Shown here: piece after piece, positions 10,246 through 19,231 of the stretch
Layout of the letters: every line of letters starts with the position of its first letter
Position numbering within the stretch: position 1 is the stretch's first letter
Assembly (NCBI GenBank): GCA_964615625.1
Contig: CAZTQT010000004.1
Span: 2,728-66,727, forward strand
Length of the DNA: 64,000 bases
Source of the DNA: an uncultured Candidatus Saccharibacteria bacterium
Lineage (GTDB): Bacteria; Patescibacteriota; WWE3; UBA101185; UBA10185
Direction of reading: 5' to 3'
Made by a program: the position numbers and the translations under genes
Notes under the pieces: model-generated
The model's input: only the letters and a program-made list of their open reading frames with translations
The model's database searches: none
What the model was told of the DNA's origin: nothing

Positions 10246-12206
10246 TGGCAAATTCAAGATTTTGGGGTACAACTCCTGAAATGGAAAAAAATATAAGTAC
10301 AAAGGGTAAAAAAATTAAGTTACCTAAAGATAAAAAGAAGCTTGGAATCGCAGGTAAAATAATCTTTGCATTTTTAGGTTTGTTTCTGGTTTTTTTGATT
10401 ATTATGTTTATTTTTGTTATTAGACCTGCTTTGTCGTTGTATGCAGATGCCCAAGTTCTTAAAGATGATTTTTCGTCTGTAGGAAAAGAGTTTCAGAACA
10501 GAGATTTGGTGGCTCTTAATAAGGTTTTAGATAAGACAGAAGCTGACCTGAAGAAAGTAAAAAATGATAAAGATGACAAATTTGGTTGGGCTAAGAATAC
10601 AAAAATATTTAAAGCAAATGAATATTATTCTGACTTTGATAGATTTGTGAGTGCAGGTTTACATGGGGTTGATGCTATCAGAGAGGCTTCAAAGGTTATA
10701 ACTCCTTTTGCAGACGCCGCAGGGTTAAAAGTTTCCCCAGATCAAGAATTACCAAAAGCAGAGGGGTTGATGGAAGCATTCCAGGGTTGGATATCTGTGA
10801 TGCCCAAAGTGGCTGATGAAATGGATGGGGTTATAGAGAAAGTTAGCCAGATAGGGGAGGCCTTAGAGCCTGTAAATGTAGATAAATATCCAGAAAAGAT
10901 AGGAAAAATTGAAATTAGATCTAACATAGATTTTGTAAAAAATACTTTGTCTGATGCTGATGACTACGCTCCTGATATAAAAAAGGCTCTTCAGATAATG
11001 CCCAGAGTATTGGCTGTAGGAACACCTACAAAAAGATACATGATAATAATGCAAAATGATAAGGAGCTGAGACCTACAGGAGGTTTTATGACTAATTACG
11101 CAACTTTTAAGATATCAAATGGTCTTTTAGATTCTGATTTTTCATCTAAAGATATGTACAGTGTAGACCTTACTTTAGATGAGATAGATGCTTATACAGA
11201 TTTCCCAGATCCACCTTATGTATATGGCCCTCTTTTAAAAGTTGAGAGATGGTATGCCAGAGATATGAACTCGTCCTCAGATTTTATAACTTCCATGGAT
11301 CAGTTTTTAAAGTTTTATAACATGGCTGGGAGAATAAATCCTTATGAAATAAAACCAGTAGATGGGATTATAGCTATAGACACAAATGTTATTTCTGAGC
11401 TTTTAGAAGTTACCGGACCGGTTACGGTTAATGGTATAACATACACAAAAGATAATGTGGTTCTGGAGTTAGAGAAGATAGCTTCCTTAGCTTTAGCTGA
11501 ACAAGCTAACAGAAAAAGAGTTCTTGGGGATTTAATGCAAGGTATGTTGGTTAATGTTTTTGAATCTGATAGTAATTTGTGGCCAAGTTTGATAGAAAAG
11601 GGAGTTGATTTAGCAGTTAGAAAGCATATCTCATTTTACATATTTGATGATGAAGCCCAGGCTTTGTTAGATAAATATGGTGTTGGAGGTAGGATAAAAG
11701 ATAGTGTCAGCGGTGATTACTCAATGGTTGTTTCAACTAATCTTGGTGGTGATAAAACAAACTGGTTTACTACAAAAGAAGTAAACCACTCACTAGAAAA
11801 GCAGGGTGATAAGTGGGTTAGGACAGTTAAACTAACTTATAAATATACCCAACCAAGTGCAGAATACGGAGCTTTAGTAAAGAGATTTAAAGATTGGGTT
11901 AGGGTTTATGCTCCTGCAGGATCGGAGCTTATATCTGTAGAAGGTTCAGAAGCACCGGCTTACAACATTTCTGATCAGGAAAGAGGTAAGGTTTGGTATA
12001 GCGGTTATTTAGAATTAGGCCCTGGGGAGTCAAAAGAAATAACATTTAAGTATCACATTCCTTCTGAGATCGTTAACAATGTTTATAAATTAACTATACA
12101 GAAACAGTCAGGTGTAGATAAGGAAAAACACACTGTTAATTACAACGGACAAGTGAAGGAAATAGAGCTTGTAAAAGACACCACAGTAGAAATGAAAGTA
12201 AAATAA
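10245..12206 (+). CDS. Membrane-anchored large extracytoplasmic protein of unknown function (DUF4012-like; often next to sugar transferases)
   Basis: 653 aa. Basic N-terminus, one TM (IIFAFLGLFLVFLIIMFIFVI), then a long soluble domain. The start overlaps the stop of the priming transferase (ATGA-type). Confidence 0.45.
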   Translation: MANSRFWGTTPEMEKNISTKGKKIKLPKDKKKLGIAGKIIFAFLGLFLVFLIIMFIFVIRPALSLYADAQVLKDDFSSVGKEFQNRDLVALNKVLDKTEADLKKVKNDKDDKFGWAKNTKIFKANEYYSDFDRFVSAGLHGVDAIREASKVITPFADAAGLKVSPDQELPKAEGLMEAFQGWISVMPKVADEMDGVIEKVSQIGEALEPVNVDKYPEKIGKIEIRSNIDFVKNTLSDADDYAPDIKKALQIMPRVLAVGTPTKRYMIIMQNDKELRPTGGFMTNYATFKISNGLLDSDFSSKDMYSVDLTLDEIDAYTDFPDPPYVYGPLLKVERWYARDMNSSSDFITSMDQFLKFYNMAGRINPYEIKPVDGIIAIDTNVISELLEVTGPVTVNGITYTKDNVVLELEKIASLALAEQANRKRVLGDLMQGMLVNVFESDSNLWPSLIEKGVDLAVRKHISFYIFDDEAQALLDKYGVGGRIKDSVSGDYSMVVSTNLGGDKTNWFTTKEVNHSLEKQGDKWVRTVKLTYKYTQPSAEYGALVKRFKDWVRVYAPAGSELISVEGSEAPAYNISDQERGKVWYSGYLELGPGESKEITFKYHIPSEIVNNVYKLTIQKQSGVDKEKHTVNYNGQVKEIELVKDTTVEMKVK

Positions 12207-12213
12207 ACTTGGT

Positions 12214-12933
12214 ATGAAAAAATATAACGCAAGGGCAGTTGTTCTTAAGAGCGTTAAATACAAGGACTCTGACAAGATTTATACTCTTTTCACAAAGGAA
12301 TATGGGAAAATATCCGCTATAGCTAGGGGTGTAAGAAAGATTAGTTCTAGGAGAAGTGGTAATTTAGATACCTTAAATTTGGTATCGGTAAGTTTTCGTG
12401 ATGAAAATTTAGGTCATAGAAGTATAGAAGAGGTAAAAACCATAGAGTCGTTTAGAAATCTCAAGAAAGATCTGCAAAAATCAACAAAAGCTTATTATAT
12501 GGCTGAAATTATTTATAAGTCAGTTGAAGAAGATGAACAAGTTTCAAATATATTTAACCTTTTTGTAAAGTGTTTAAAAACATTAGATAAAAATAATTAC
12601 CCAGGTGATTTAGTGATATCTCACTTTGAAATGAATTTAATGAATATGCTGGGATATAGGATTACATTTGATGTTTGTGGCAAATGTGGCAGAAAAGCAG
12701 ATGATTCTTGGAACAAGTATTTTTTTAATATAGAAGATGGGTGTTTAGAGTGTGAGGGGTGTTCAAAATATGGTATTGGTGTAAAGAAAGACGCTGCTAT
12801 TGGTTTGAAAAATATTTTTAATGGGAAAATATCTAAAGAGGAGCAACTATCTGCAAAAGAGGTAGATAAAATATTAAAAATGTATGTTGGAAGGAAACTT
12901 GAGGCGCGTTTTAAAAGTCTAGAAATACAATAA
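12214..12933 (+). CDS. recO: DNA repair protein RecO
   Basis: N-terminal OB-fold pattern (RAVVLKSVKYKDSDKIYTLFTKEYGKISAIARGVRK). C-terminal Cys4 zinc motif (CGKCGRK ... CLECEGC). Confidence 0.75.
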   Translation: MKKYNARAVVLKSVKYKDSDKIYTLFTKEYGKISAIARGVRKISSRRSGNLDTLNLVSVSFRDENLGHRSIEEVKTIESFRNLKKDLQKSTKAYYMAEIIYKSVEEDEQVSNIFNLFVKCLKTLDKNNYPGDLVISHFEMNLMNMLGYRITFDVCGKCGRKADDSWNKYFFNIEDGCLECEGCSKYGIGVKKDAAIGLKNIFNGKISKEEQLSAKEVDKILKMYVGRKLEARFKSLEIQ

Positions 12934-12953
12934 CTAGGTGATATACTTCACGT

Positions 12954-14330
12954 ATGAAAGAAACTGATAATCTTCAACAAAAAATAGTGTCATTATGCAA
13001 AAGGAGGGGGTTTGTCTACCCAGGATCTGAGATTTATGGTGGTTTAGCAAATACTTATGACTACGGACCTCTAGGTGTTTTGATGATGAGGAACATCCAA
13101 AACCTTTGGTGGGAAAATTTTATTACAAAAAGAAGTGATATTTATGGTTTGGACACTGCTGTTTTTATGTCCCCCGATGTTTGGGTAGCTTCAGGACATA
13201 CTACAAGTTTCAACGAAGTTCTTATAGATTGTAAAAACTGCAAACAACGAACGGGTGCTGAAAAGTTAATTGAAGCGTTTTTTGAGTCTAAAGATGAAAA
13301 ATTTAGTGCAGAAGGAAGAAGTTTAGATGAGATGGAAGAAATCGTACAAAGTAATAAAATACCTTGTCCTGAGTGTGGTAAAACAGATTGGACTAAACCT
13401 AGAAAATTTAGCAATTTATTTGAAACCCAAATAGGCATAGTTCCAGAAAATAAGTCTTTAAATTATTTAAGAGGTGAGTTGGCTCAAGGAATGTTTGTTA
13501 ATTTTAAAAATGTTTTAGATTCTCAAAGACCAAAATTACCCTTTGGTTTAGGTCAGATTGGGAAAGTTTTTAGAAATGAAATAACAAAAGGAAATTTTGT
13601 TTTTAGAACTCTTGAATTTACACTAATGGAGTTTGAGTATTTCTTTAATCCTAATGTACAGAAGTGGGAAGATATTTTTGAATATTGGAGAAAAGAAATG
13701 TTTGATTGGATTACATCTATGGGAGTTCCTAAAGAAAAATTAAGATGGAGAGTTCATTCTGACGAAGAAAGAGCGCACTACTCAAAAAGAACAGAGGATT
13801 TGGATTTTGAATTTGCAGTTGGTTTTAAAGAAATGTTTGGTTTAGCTTACAGAACAGACTTTGATTTAAATAAACATATTGAAAAATCCGGTGCTGATCT
13901 TAGATATATGGACCCAGAAACAGGAGAAAAATTTGTACCGCATGTTATTGAACCTACATTTGGATCTTCAAGGATATTCTTAGCTCTTTTAACAAATGGT
14001 TATAAAGAAGAAGGTGATAGAGTAGTTTTGAAACTAGATAAAAAAGTGGCCCCTTACAGAGTAGCCGTTTTTCCATTGGTAAAAAATAAAGAAGATATAG
14101 TGAACAAGGCTAAGGATGTGTATAAGATGCTTTTAGATAAAGGATTTTCTGTTGATTGGGATGATAGAGGAAATATTGGTAAAAGATATTTTGCTCAAGA
14201 TGAAATAGGCACACCGTATTGTGTGACAGTAGATTATCAGACTTTGGAAGATGGGACTGTAACAATAAGAGATAGAGATACAATGGAACAGGAAAGAGTA
14301 ATTATAGAAGATATATTTTCAAAGATATAA
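12954..14330 (+). CDS. glyQS: Glycine--tRNA ligase, alpha2 (GlyQS) type
   Basis: RRGFVYPGSEIYGGLANTYDYGPLGV N-terminus and class II synthetase motifs. 458 aa. Confidence 0.9.
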   Translation: MKETDNLQQKIVSLCKRRGFVYPGSEIYGGLANTYDYGPLGVLMMRNIQNLWWENFITKRSDIYGLDTAVFMSPDVWVASGHTTSFNEVLIDCKNCKQRTGAEKLIEAFFESKDEKFSAEGRSLDEMEEIVQSNKIPCPECGKTDWTKPRKFSNLFETQIGIVPENKSLNYLRGELAQGMFVNFKNVLDSQRPKLPFGLGQIGKVFRNEITKGNFVFRTLEFTLMEFEYFFNPNVQKWEDIFEYWRKEMFDWITSMGVPKEKLRWRVHSDEERAHYSKRTEDLDFEFAVGFKEMFGLAYRTDFDLNKHIEKSGADLRYMDPETGEKFVPHVIEPTFGSSRIFLALLTNGYKEEGDRVVLKLDKKVAPYRVAVFPLVKNKEDIVNKAKDVYKMLLDKGFSVDWDDRGNIGKRYFAQDEIGTPYCVTVDYQTLEDGTVTIRDRDTMEQERVIIEDIFSKI

Positions 14331-14351
14331 AAATACATAGAAATATAAAAG

Positions 14352-14384
14352 AAACCCGGTCTTTCTATAAAACCGGGTTTTTGA
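14352..14384. terminator. Bidirectional intrinsic terminator hairpin between glyQS and the convergent small ORF
   Basis: AAACCCGGT-ctttctataa-ACCGGGTTT, followed by TTTT. An A-run precedes it on the opposite strand. Confidence 0.7.
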
Positions 14385-14397
14385 GATTCGGTAATAA

Positions 14398-14619
14398 CTA
14401 CTTGTCCGACTCTAATTTGGATATAGGTCTTAGTTCTAAGTCTAGTATTTTAGGTGTTCCAAATGGTATTGGGTCGCTACCGTCAATACGCATGTAATAT
14501 ATACATCCTTTATGAATTCTAGACCTACCTCTACGATCAAGCTCCATCAACATCCCATTTTTAGATATATACGTAACACCTTTTTCAAGATCTCGTGCGT
14601 TTGTTATTATCCCATCCAC
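14398..14619 (-). CDS. Hypothetical small protein (73 aa, GTG start)
   Basis: ORF with an AGGAGAGG Shine-Dalgarno about 10 nt upstream. No recognisable domain. Confidence 0.3.
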   Translation of the reverse strand: MDGIITNARDLEKGVTYISKNGMLMELDRRGRSRIHKGCIYYMRIDGSDPIPFGTPKILDLELRPISKLESDK

Positions 14620-14731
14620 TACTCATCTTCCTCTCCTTTCTAAAATATCAACTAAAAATTCTAGCAAAAAATATCCCCTTTCTCAAATTTCGGAAACATT
14701 GATTTTACTTTATATTCGGGTTTTATTTGTA

Positions 14732-14790
14732 TTGACAATGGAGACTAAATGGTGGATATTGGATATAACTTGGTGAACATTGGTGAAGGT
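14732..14790 (+). promoter_or_regulatory. Pmra promoter (-35 TTGACA at 14732) overlapped by an MraZ operator of four TGGTG/TGGAT direct repeats at about 10-bp phasing
   Basis: Repeats at 14750, 14760, 14771 and 14781, immediately upstream of mraZ. The layout matches known MraZ autoregulatory sites, which have phased short direct repeats. Confidence 0.55.
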
Positions 14791-14807
14791 TATTTTTAGG
14801 ATTATTT

Positions 14808-15218
14808 ATGAAAATGTTTCTTGGGGAATACCAACCGAATATCACCGAAGGATCAAGAATAGCCCTGCCCAAGAAACTTCGGGAACAAATAAAAGGAGAG
14901 GATGTGATCCTTTCTAAGGGCTTTGAAAAATGCATATTTGTTTACGATAAGGAAGATTGGGTGGTAGAAGCCCAAAAGCAGGTTGAAAATCCTATATCTG
15001 ATTCCAGAACAAGAGAGTTGAAAAGATATATGTACTCTGGGGCCGTAGAAACAACAGTTGATAACCAAGGAAGAGTGGTAATCCCTAATAATTTAAAGGA
15101 TTATTCTCAGATAAAAAAGAAAGTTTTTGTAATAGGGGCTGGAGATCATATAGAAATTTGGGACTTTGAGAATTGGATAGCTCATTCTGAAAAAATATCT
15201 CAAAGTTTAGCGAATTAA
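14808..15218 (+). CDS. mraZ: Transcriptional regulator MraZ
   Basis: MFLGEYQPNITEGSRIALPKKLREQ and the duplicated MraZ fold. First gene of the dcw cluster. Confidence 0.9.
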   Translation: MKMFLGEYQPNITEGSRIALPKKLREQIKGEDVILSKGFEKCIFVYDKEDWVVEAQKQVENPISDSRTRELKRYMYSGAVETTVDNQGRVVIPNNLKDYSQIKKKVFVIGAGDHIEIWDFENWIAHSEKISQSLAN

Positions 15219-15219
15219 C

Positions 15220-16095
15220 ATGGGATATCACGAGCCAGTTCTTTTAAAAGAAGCGTTACAAGAACTTAAAGTAGAAAAAGGAAAAAAATATATTGACGCT
15301 ACTTTAGGAGATGGGGGACACACACTTGAGGTTCTGAAAAAGGGTGGTGATGTTCTTGGAATAGAAGTAAACGAGCAAGCTTTAGAAAGAGCTACAGAGA
15401 GGATTAAAAAAGAGGGTTTTGAAGACAATTTTATTGGAGTTTTAGGGAACTTTAAAAATATAGAAAAAATATCTAAAGAAAAAGGATTTGAAAAGGTCCA
15501 CGGCATTATCTATGACCTTGGGTATAGTTCGTTTGAGCTGGAAGAATCCGGTTTAGGTCTTAGTTTTCAGCTTAATGAAGATTTGGACATGAGATTGGAC
15601 AAGACCTTGGGAGTTACTGCAGCTGATCTAATAAATTCTTTAGATGAAAAAAGCATTTCAGAAATGCTTTACAGATATTCAGACGAGAGAATGGCAAGAA
15701 AATTTGCCCAAGCTATAGTAAAGGCTCGTAATTTGAAGAAAATACAGACCACTAAAGATTTGGTGGACGTAATAAATTCTGTATCTTCTCCAGGTTATGA
15801 ACGGGGTAGGATAAACCCTGCCACAAGAACCTTTCAGGCTCTCAGGATTGTTGTAAATGACGAACTTGAAAACCTGAAAAAATCACTGCCTCAGGCCGCG
15901 CGCCTATTGCTGCCTGGTAGTGTGATCGTACTGATCACCTTCCATTCATTGGAAGATAAGGTGGCTAAGGAATTTAGTCACCGCGCGCGGCCTAGTGTAG
16001 ATACGGTCAATAAGCCTTTGGTTCCTACCGAAGAGGAGGTTAGAAATAACCCTAGAAGTAGAAGTGCAAAGTTAAGGGTTTATAGAAAAAAATGA
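15220..16095 (+). CDS. rsmH: 16S rRNA (cytosine1402-N4)-methyltransferase RsmH (MraW)
   Basis: YHEPVLLKEALQEL ... IDATLGDGGHT ... ITFHSLEDKVAKEF. Confidence 0.9.
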   Translation: MGYHEPVLLKEALQELKVEKGKKYIDATLGDGGHTLEVLKKGGDVLGIEVNEQALERATERIKKEGFEDNFIGVLGNFKNIEKISKEKGFEKVHGIIYDLGYSSFELEESGLGLSFQLNEDLDMRLDKTLGVTAADLINSLDEKSISEMLYRYSDERMARKFAQAIVKARNLKKIQTTKDLVDVINSVSSPGYERGRINPATRTFQALRIVVNDELENLKKSLPQAARLLLPGSVIVLITFHSLEDKVAKEFSHRARPSVDTVNKPLVPTEEEVRNNPRSRSAKLRVYRKK

Positions 16096-16397
16096 AAATA
16101 AAGTCTGAGAAGTTATTTAAATTTATATTTGCTTTTTCGGTGGTGTTTTTTGTATTTAGTGTCGGCACAAAATTTTATTTTTGTAACAATTTGACTACAA
16201 AGAACGCTCATTTTGATAAGATTTCCTATAAAAGGAAGAGATTAGAAGAGGAAATCAGCAGATTGGAGTCTGAGAATTCTTTCTTATCATCTATAAATCG
16301 TGTTGAAACTAGAGCCAAAGAGCTTGGTTTTATACAAATGAAATCTAATGTTATATCTTTGGATATAAATTCCCCAGATCAGGTAGCCCTGAGATAA
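16092..16397 (+). CDS. ftsL: Cell division protein FtsL-like (small bitopic coiled-coil protein)
   Basis: 101 aa with one TM plus a coiled coil (KRKRLEEEISRLESENSFLSS). Located between rsmH and ftsI. Confidence 0.6.
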   Translation: MKIKSEKLFKFIFAFSVVFFVFSVGTKFYFCNNLTTKNAHFDKISYKRKRLEEEISRLESENSFLSSINRVETRAKELGFIQMKSNVISLDINSPDQVALR

Positions 16398-16449
16398 TTT
16401 TTCTATATATATATTATTGGCATTAAATGTCTACAGAATGTAGAATTTA

Positions 16450-18333
16450 ATGATTATGAGTCCTAGAAATAAGAAAAAGGGATTTAAAAGCGATTGGAGA
16501 ATGAGGTTTGTCTTTTTAGGTTTTTTATTTAGCTTTACCCTTTTAATTTTCAGATTATTTCAAATTCAAATTCTAGATCATAAAAAATACCGTGCTAAAG
16601 CTGAAGGTCAGTATTTAGGTCAATCAAATATACCTGCGAAAAGGGGAAATATTTATAGTGCGGATGGTTATTTATTAGCTGGAGCTAGAAGTAACTACCT
16701 TCTTTTTGCAGAGCCTAAAAAAATAGAAGATCCAGAAAAAATAGCAAGTTATTTAGCAGATTTGCTTTCAGATGTAAGATTTGGGAAGAATTCAGAAGCT
16801 AGTGATGCTGATGATGATATTGAGGAAGAAACTATTGTAATCAAATCTCCTACTAAAGAGGAAATGTACACAAAATATTTTAATGATTTTAAAAATTCTA
16901 TTTCAAAAGATCTTTTTTGGGTCCCTGTTATAAGAGATATAACTCCAGAAGAAAAGAAATTAATAGAAGATAGTAAAATTCCTAACTTAGGGTTTGAGGA
17001 GTACCCTGCTAGATATTATCCAGAAGGTTCTTTAGCGAGTCATGTGCTGGGTTTTGTGGCTAGTGACGAAAAGGGTGAGAAAATAGGGTATTTTGGGATA
17101 GAGGGTAAATTAAATGAGGAGTTAAAAGGTAAATCGGGTAGAGTTATTGAAGATACAGATGCAGTTGGAAACCCTATTTTAATGGGGGAATACAAGGAAA
17201 TACCACCCGTTCAAGGTAGGGATGTCATTTTAACAATTAACAGATCTGTTCAATATATTGTTGAAAAAAAGTTGAAAGAAGATGTTGAAAAATACGGTGC
17301 TATTTCAGGCACCGTAATTATAATGAATCCCTTTACAGGGGATATAGTAGCAATGGCAAATTATCCAACTTATGATCCTGATGATTTTAATGAAGGAGAA
17401 GAGGTGGATCCCAATACAGGAAGAAAGAATTTGGTTAGGAAAAATTCAGCTATAGCAGATACTTATGAACCTGGGTCTGTTATTAAACCACTAACCGTCT
17501 CTGCTGCTATAGATTTAGGTATAGTAAGTCCATCAACAACCTTTGTTGATAATGGACCGGTTAGGTATTCGGATTATGTTATAGATAATTGGGATGGTAA
17601 GCACCATGGGGTACAAACTATCACAGAGCTTTTACAAAAATCTAATAATATAGGTGCGGCGTGGGTTGGTCACCAAGTTGGGGCAAAAAAGCTTTATGAA
17701 TATTTTTATAATTTTGGGATGGGTTCTAGAACTGGAGTAGATCTTGAGGGGGAAGATACAGGAATACTAAGGGATATTAAAGATTGGACTGATATTGACA
17801 TAGCCAATATATCATTTGGACAGGGAATGTCTGCAACCACGCTCCAGGTTTTAAATGCTTTTAATGTTATTGCAAATGGGGGGAACCTTATGCAGCCAAA
17901 AATAATATCAAAAATAATTGATGAAAACGGAGATCATGAGATACCATCAAAAGTTGTCAAAAGAGTGATTTCAAAAGAAACGGCAGACACAATGGTAGAT
18001 CTTTTAGAAAAAGCTGCTGAAGGCGGTGAGGCTAAGTTTTTTATTTTAAAAGATTATAGAATATCTGGAAAGACAGGTACTGCTCAAATCCCTGAAGGTG
18101 GTAAATACTCCCCAGATAAAACTAACGCTACATTTGTTGGGTTTTTGACTTCAACCAAAACTCTATCTATGATAGTGAAGTTTGAACAGCCAAAAACATC
18201 GGTTTATGCAGCAGAAACATCAACCCCAACTTGGATGAGTTTAGTATCAGAGCTTGTTAAGTTTTATGGAATACCTCCGGACGTTGTTATAGAAGAAAAA
18301 GAACCGGAGCCGTTAAAATTAACAGAAGAATAG
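16450..18333 (+). CDS. ftsI: Penicillin-binding protein 2/3 family transpeptidase (FtsI)
   Basis: TM anchor, PBP dimerisation domain, and motifs SVIKP (SxxK), SNN, KTGT. Confidence 0.85.
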   Translation: MIMSPRNKKKGFKSDWRMRFVFLGFLFSFTLLIFRLFQIQILDHKKYRAKAEGQYLGQSNIPAKRGNIYSADGYLLAGARSNYLLFAEPKKIEDPEKIASYLADLLSDVRFGKNSEASDADDDIEEETIVIKSPTKEEMYTKYFNDFKNSISKDLFWVPVIRDITPEEKKLIEDSKIPNLGFEEYPARYYPEGSLASHVLGFVASDEKGEKIGYFGIEGKLNEELKGKSGRVIEDTDAVGNPILMGEYKEIPPVQGRDVILTINRSVQYIVEKKLKEDVEKYGAISGTVIIMNPFTGDIVAMANYPTYDPDDFNEGEEVDPNTGRKNLVRKNSAIADTYEPGSVIKPLTVSAAIDLGIVSPSTTFVDNGPVRYSDYVIDNWDGKHHGVQTITELLQKSNNIGAAWVGHQVGAKKLYEYFYNFGMGSRTGVDLEGEDTGILRDIKDWTDIDIANISFGQGMSATTLQVLNAFNVIANGGNLMQPKIISKIIDENGDHEIPSKVVKRVISKETADTMVDLLEKAAEGGEAKFFILKDYRISGKTGTAQIPEGGKYSPDKTNATFVGFLTSTKTLSMIVKFEQPKTSVYAAETSTPTWMSLVSELVKFYGIPPDVVIEEKEPEPLKLTEE

Positions 18334-18394
18334 TTCTATTCTCATTAGATTTTGAGATATTGTTAAAAGATCAATTTACTAATACCCTTATCCC

Positions 18395-18763
18395 GTGGAC
18401 AGGAGGTTGTTAGGTGCGGAATCAGAACAACTCGCTGTTAAATATCTCAAAAGCAGGGGCTACAAAATAGTTTGCATAAACTGGACTTGTTACGCAGGCG
18501 AAATAGATATAGTGGCCCTCAAAAATAACCTCATTTTTATTGAGGTAAAGTCCGCCAAAGGCGGATTTTGTAGCCCCTGCGAAATGTTTACACATAAAAA
18601 GAAAAAACATTTAGAAAGATCTATAAATATTTTTCTTGAACAAAATTTCAAAAATAAAAATGTTCCTGAGTATAGATTAGATTTAATCTGTATATTTTAT
18701 TTTTGGGGTATTGGATCAAAGCATTTATATCATTATAAAAACATTTTAAATACCTTGGTTTAA
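18395..18763 (+). CDS. yraN: YraN-family (UPF0102) endonuclease-like protein
   Basis: AESEQLAVKYLKSRGYKIVCINWTCYAGEIDIVALKNNLIFIEVKSAKGG. GTG start. Confidence 0.75.
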   Translation: MDRRLLGAESEQLAVKYLKSRGYKIVCINWTCYAGEIDIVALKNNLIFIEVKSAKGGFCSPCEMFTHKKKKHLERSINIFLEQNFKNKNVPEYRLDLICIFYFWGIGSKHLYHYKNILNTLV

Positions 18764-18818
18764 AACATTAAACTGAAATTGTGTTTACATGTTCAAAATC
18801 ATCTTGTAACATTTACTC

Positions 18819-19223
18819 ATGCCTAAGAAGATAATGTTTGTAGAAGACGATGAGGGTTTTTATAATATTTTTTCAGTTCCTTTAAAAATGAAGGGTTACG
18901 AAATAGTCAGAGTTGCTGAAGGTTCCTCTGCCGTGGAGAAAATAATAACGGAAAATCCAGACCTAGTTTTATTAGATATTGTTTTACCTGGAACCAGCGG
19001 CTTAGATATTTTAAAAGAGCTAAGAGAAAGAGATGAAACTAAATCTACCGTTGTAATAATGCTTACGAACTTTGGTAGTGATGAGAATATATCAAGGGCT
19101 ATGAAGTGTGGGGCTAATGATTACCTCATGAAATACAATATTGTTCCATCAGAACTACCTGACAAAATAGCTGCGTATCTTGGAGAATCTCAAGAGTTTG
19201 CAGTAAAAATGACTGAAAGCTAA
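18819..19223 (+). CDS. Stand-alone response-regulator receiver (CheY-like) protein
   Basis: FVEDDE ... LVLLDIVLPGTSG (phospho-acceptor Asp) ... conserved Lys. No output domain. Confidence 0.85.
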   Translation: MPKKIMFVEDDEGFYNIFSVPLKMKGYEIVRVAEGSSAVEKIITENPDLVLLDIVLPGTSGLDILKELRERDETKSTVVIMLTNFGSDENISRAMKCGANDYLMKYNIVPSELPDKIAAYLGESQEFAVKMTES

Positions 19224-19231
19224 CCCCTGAT

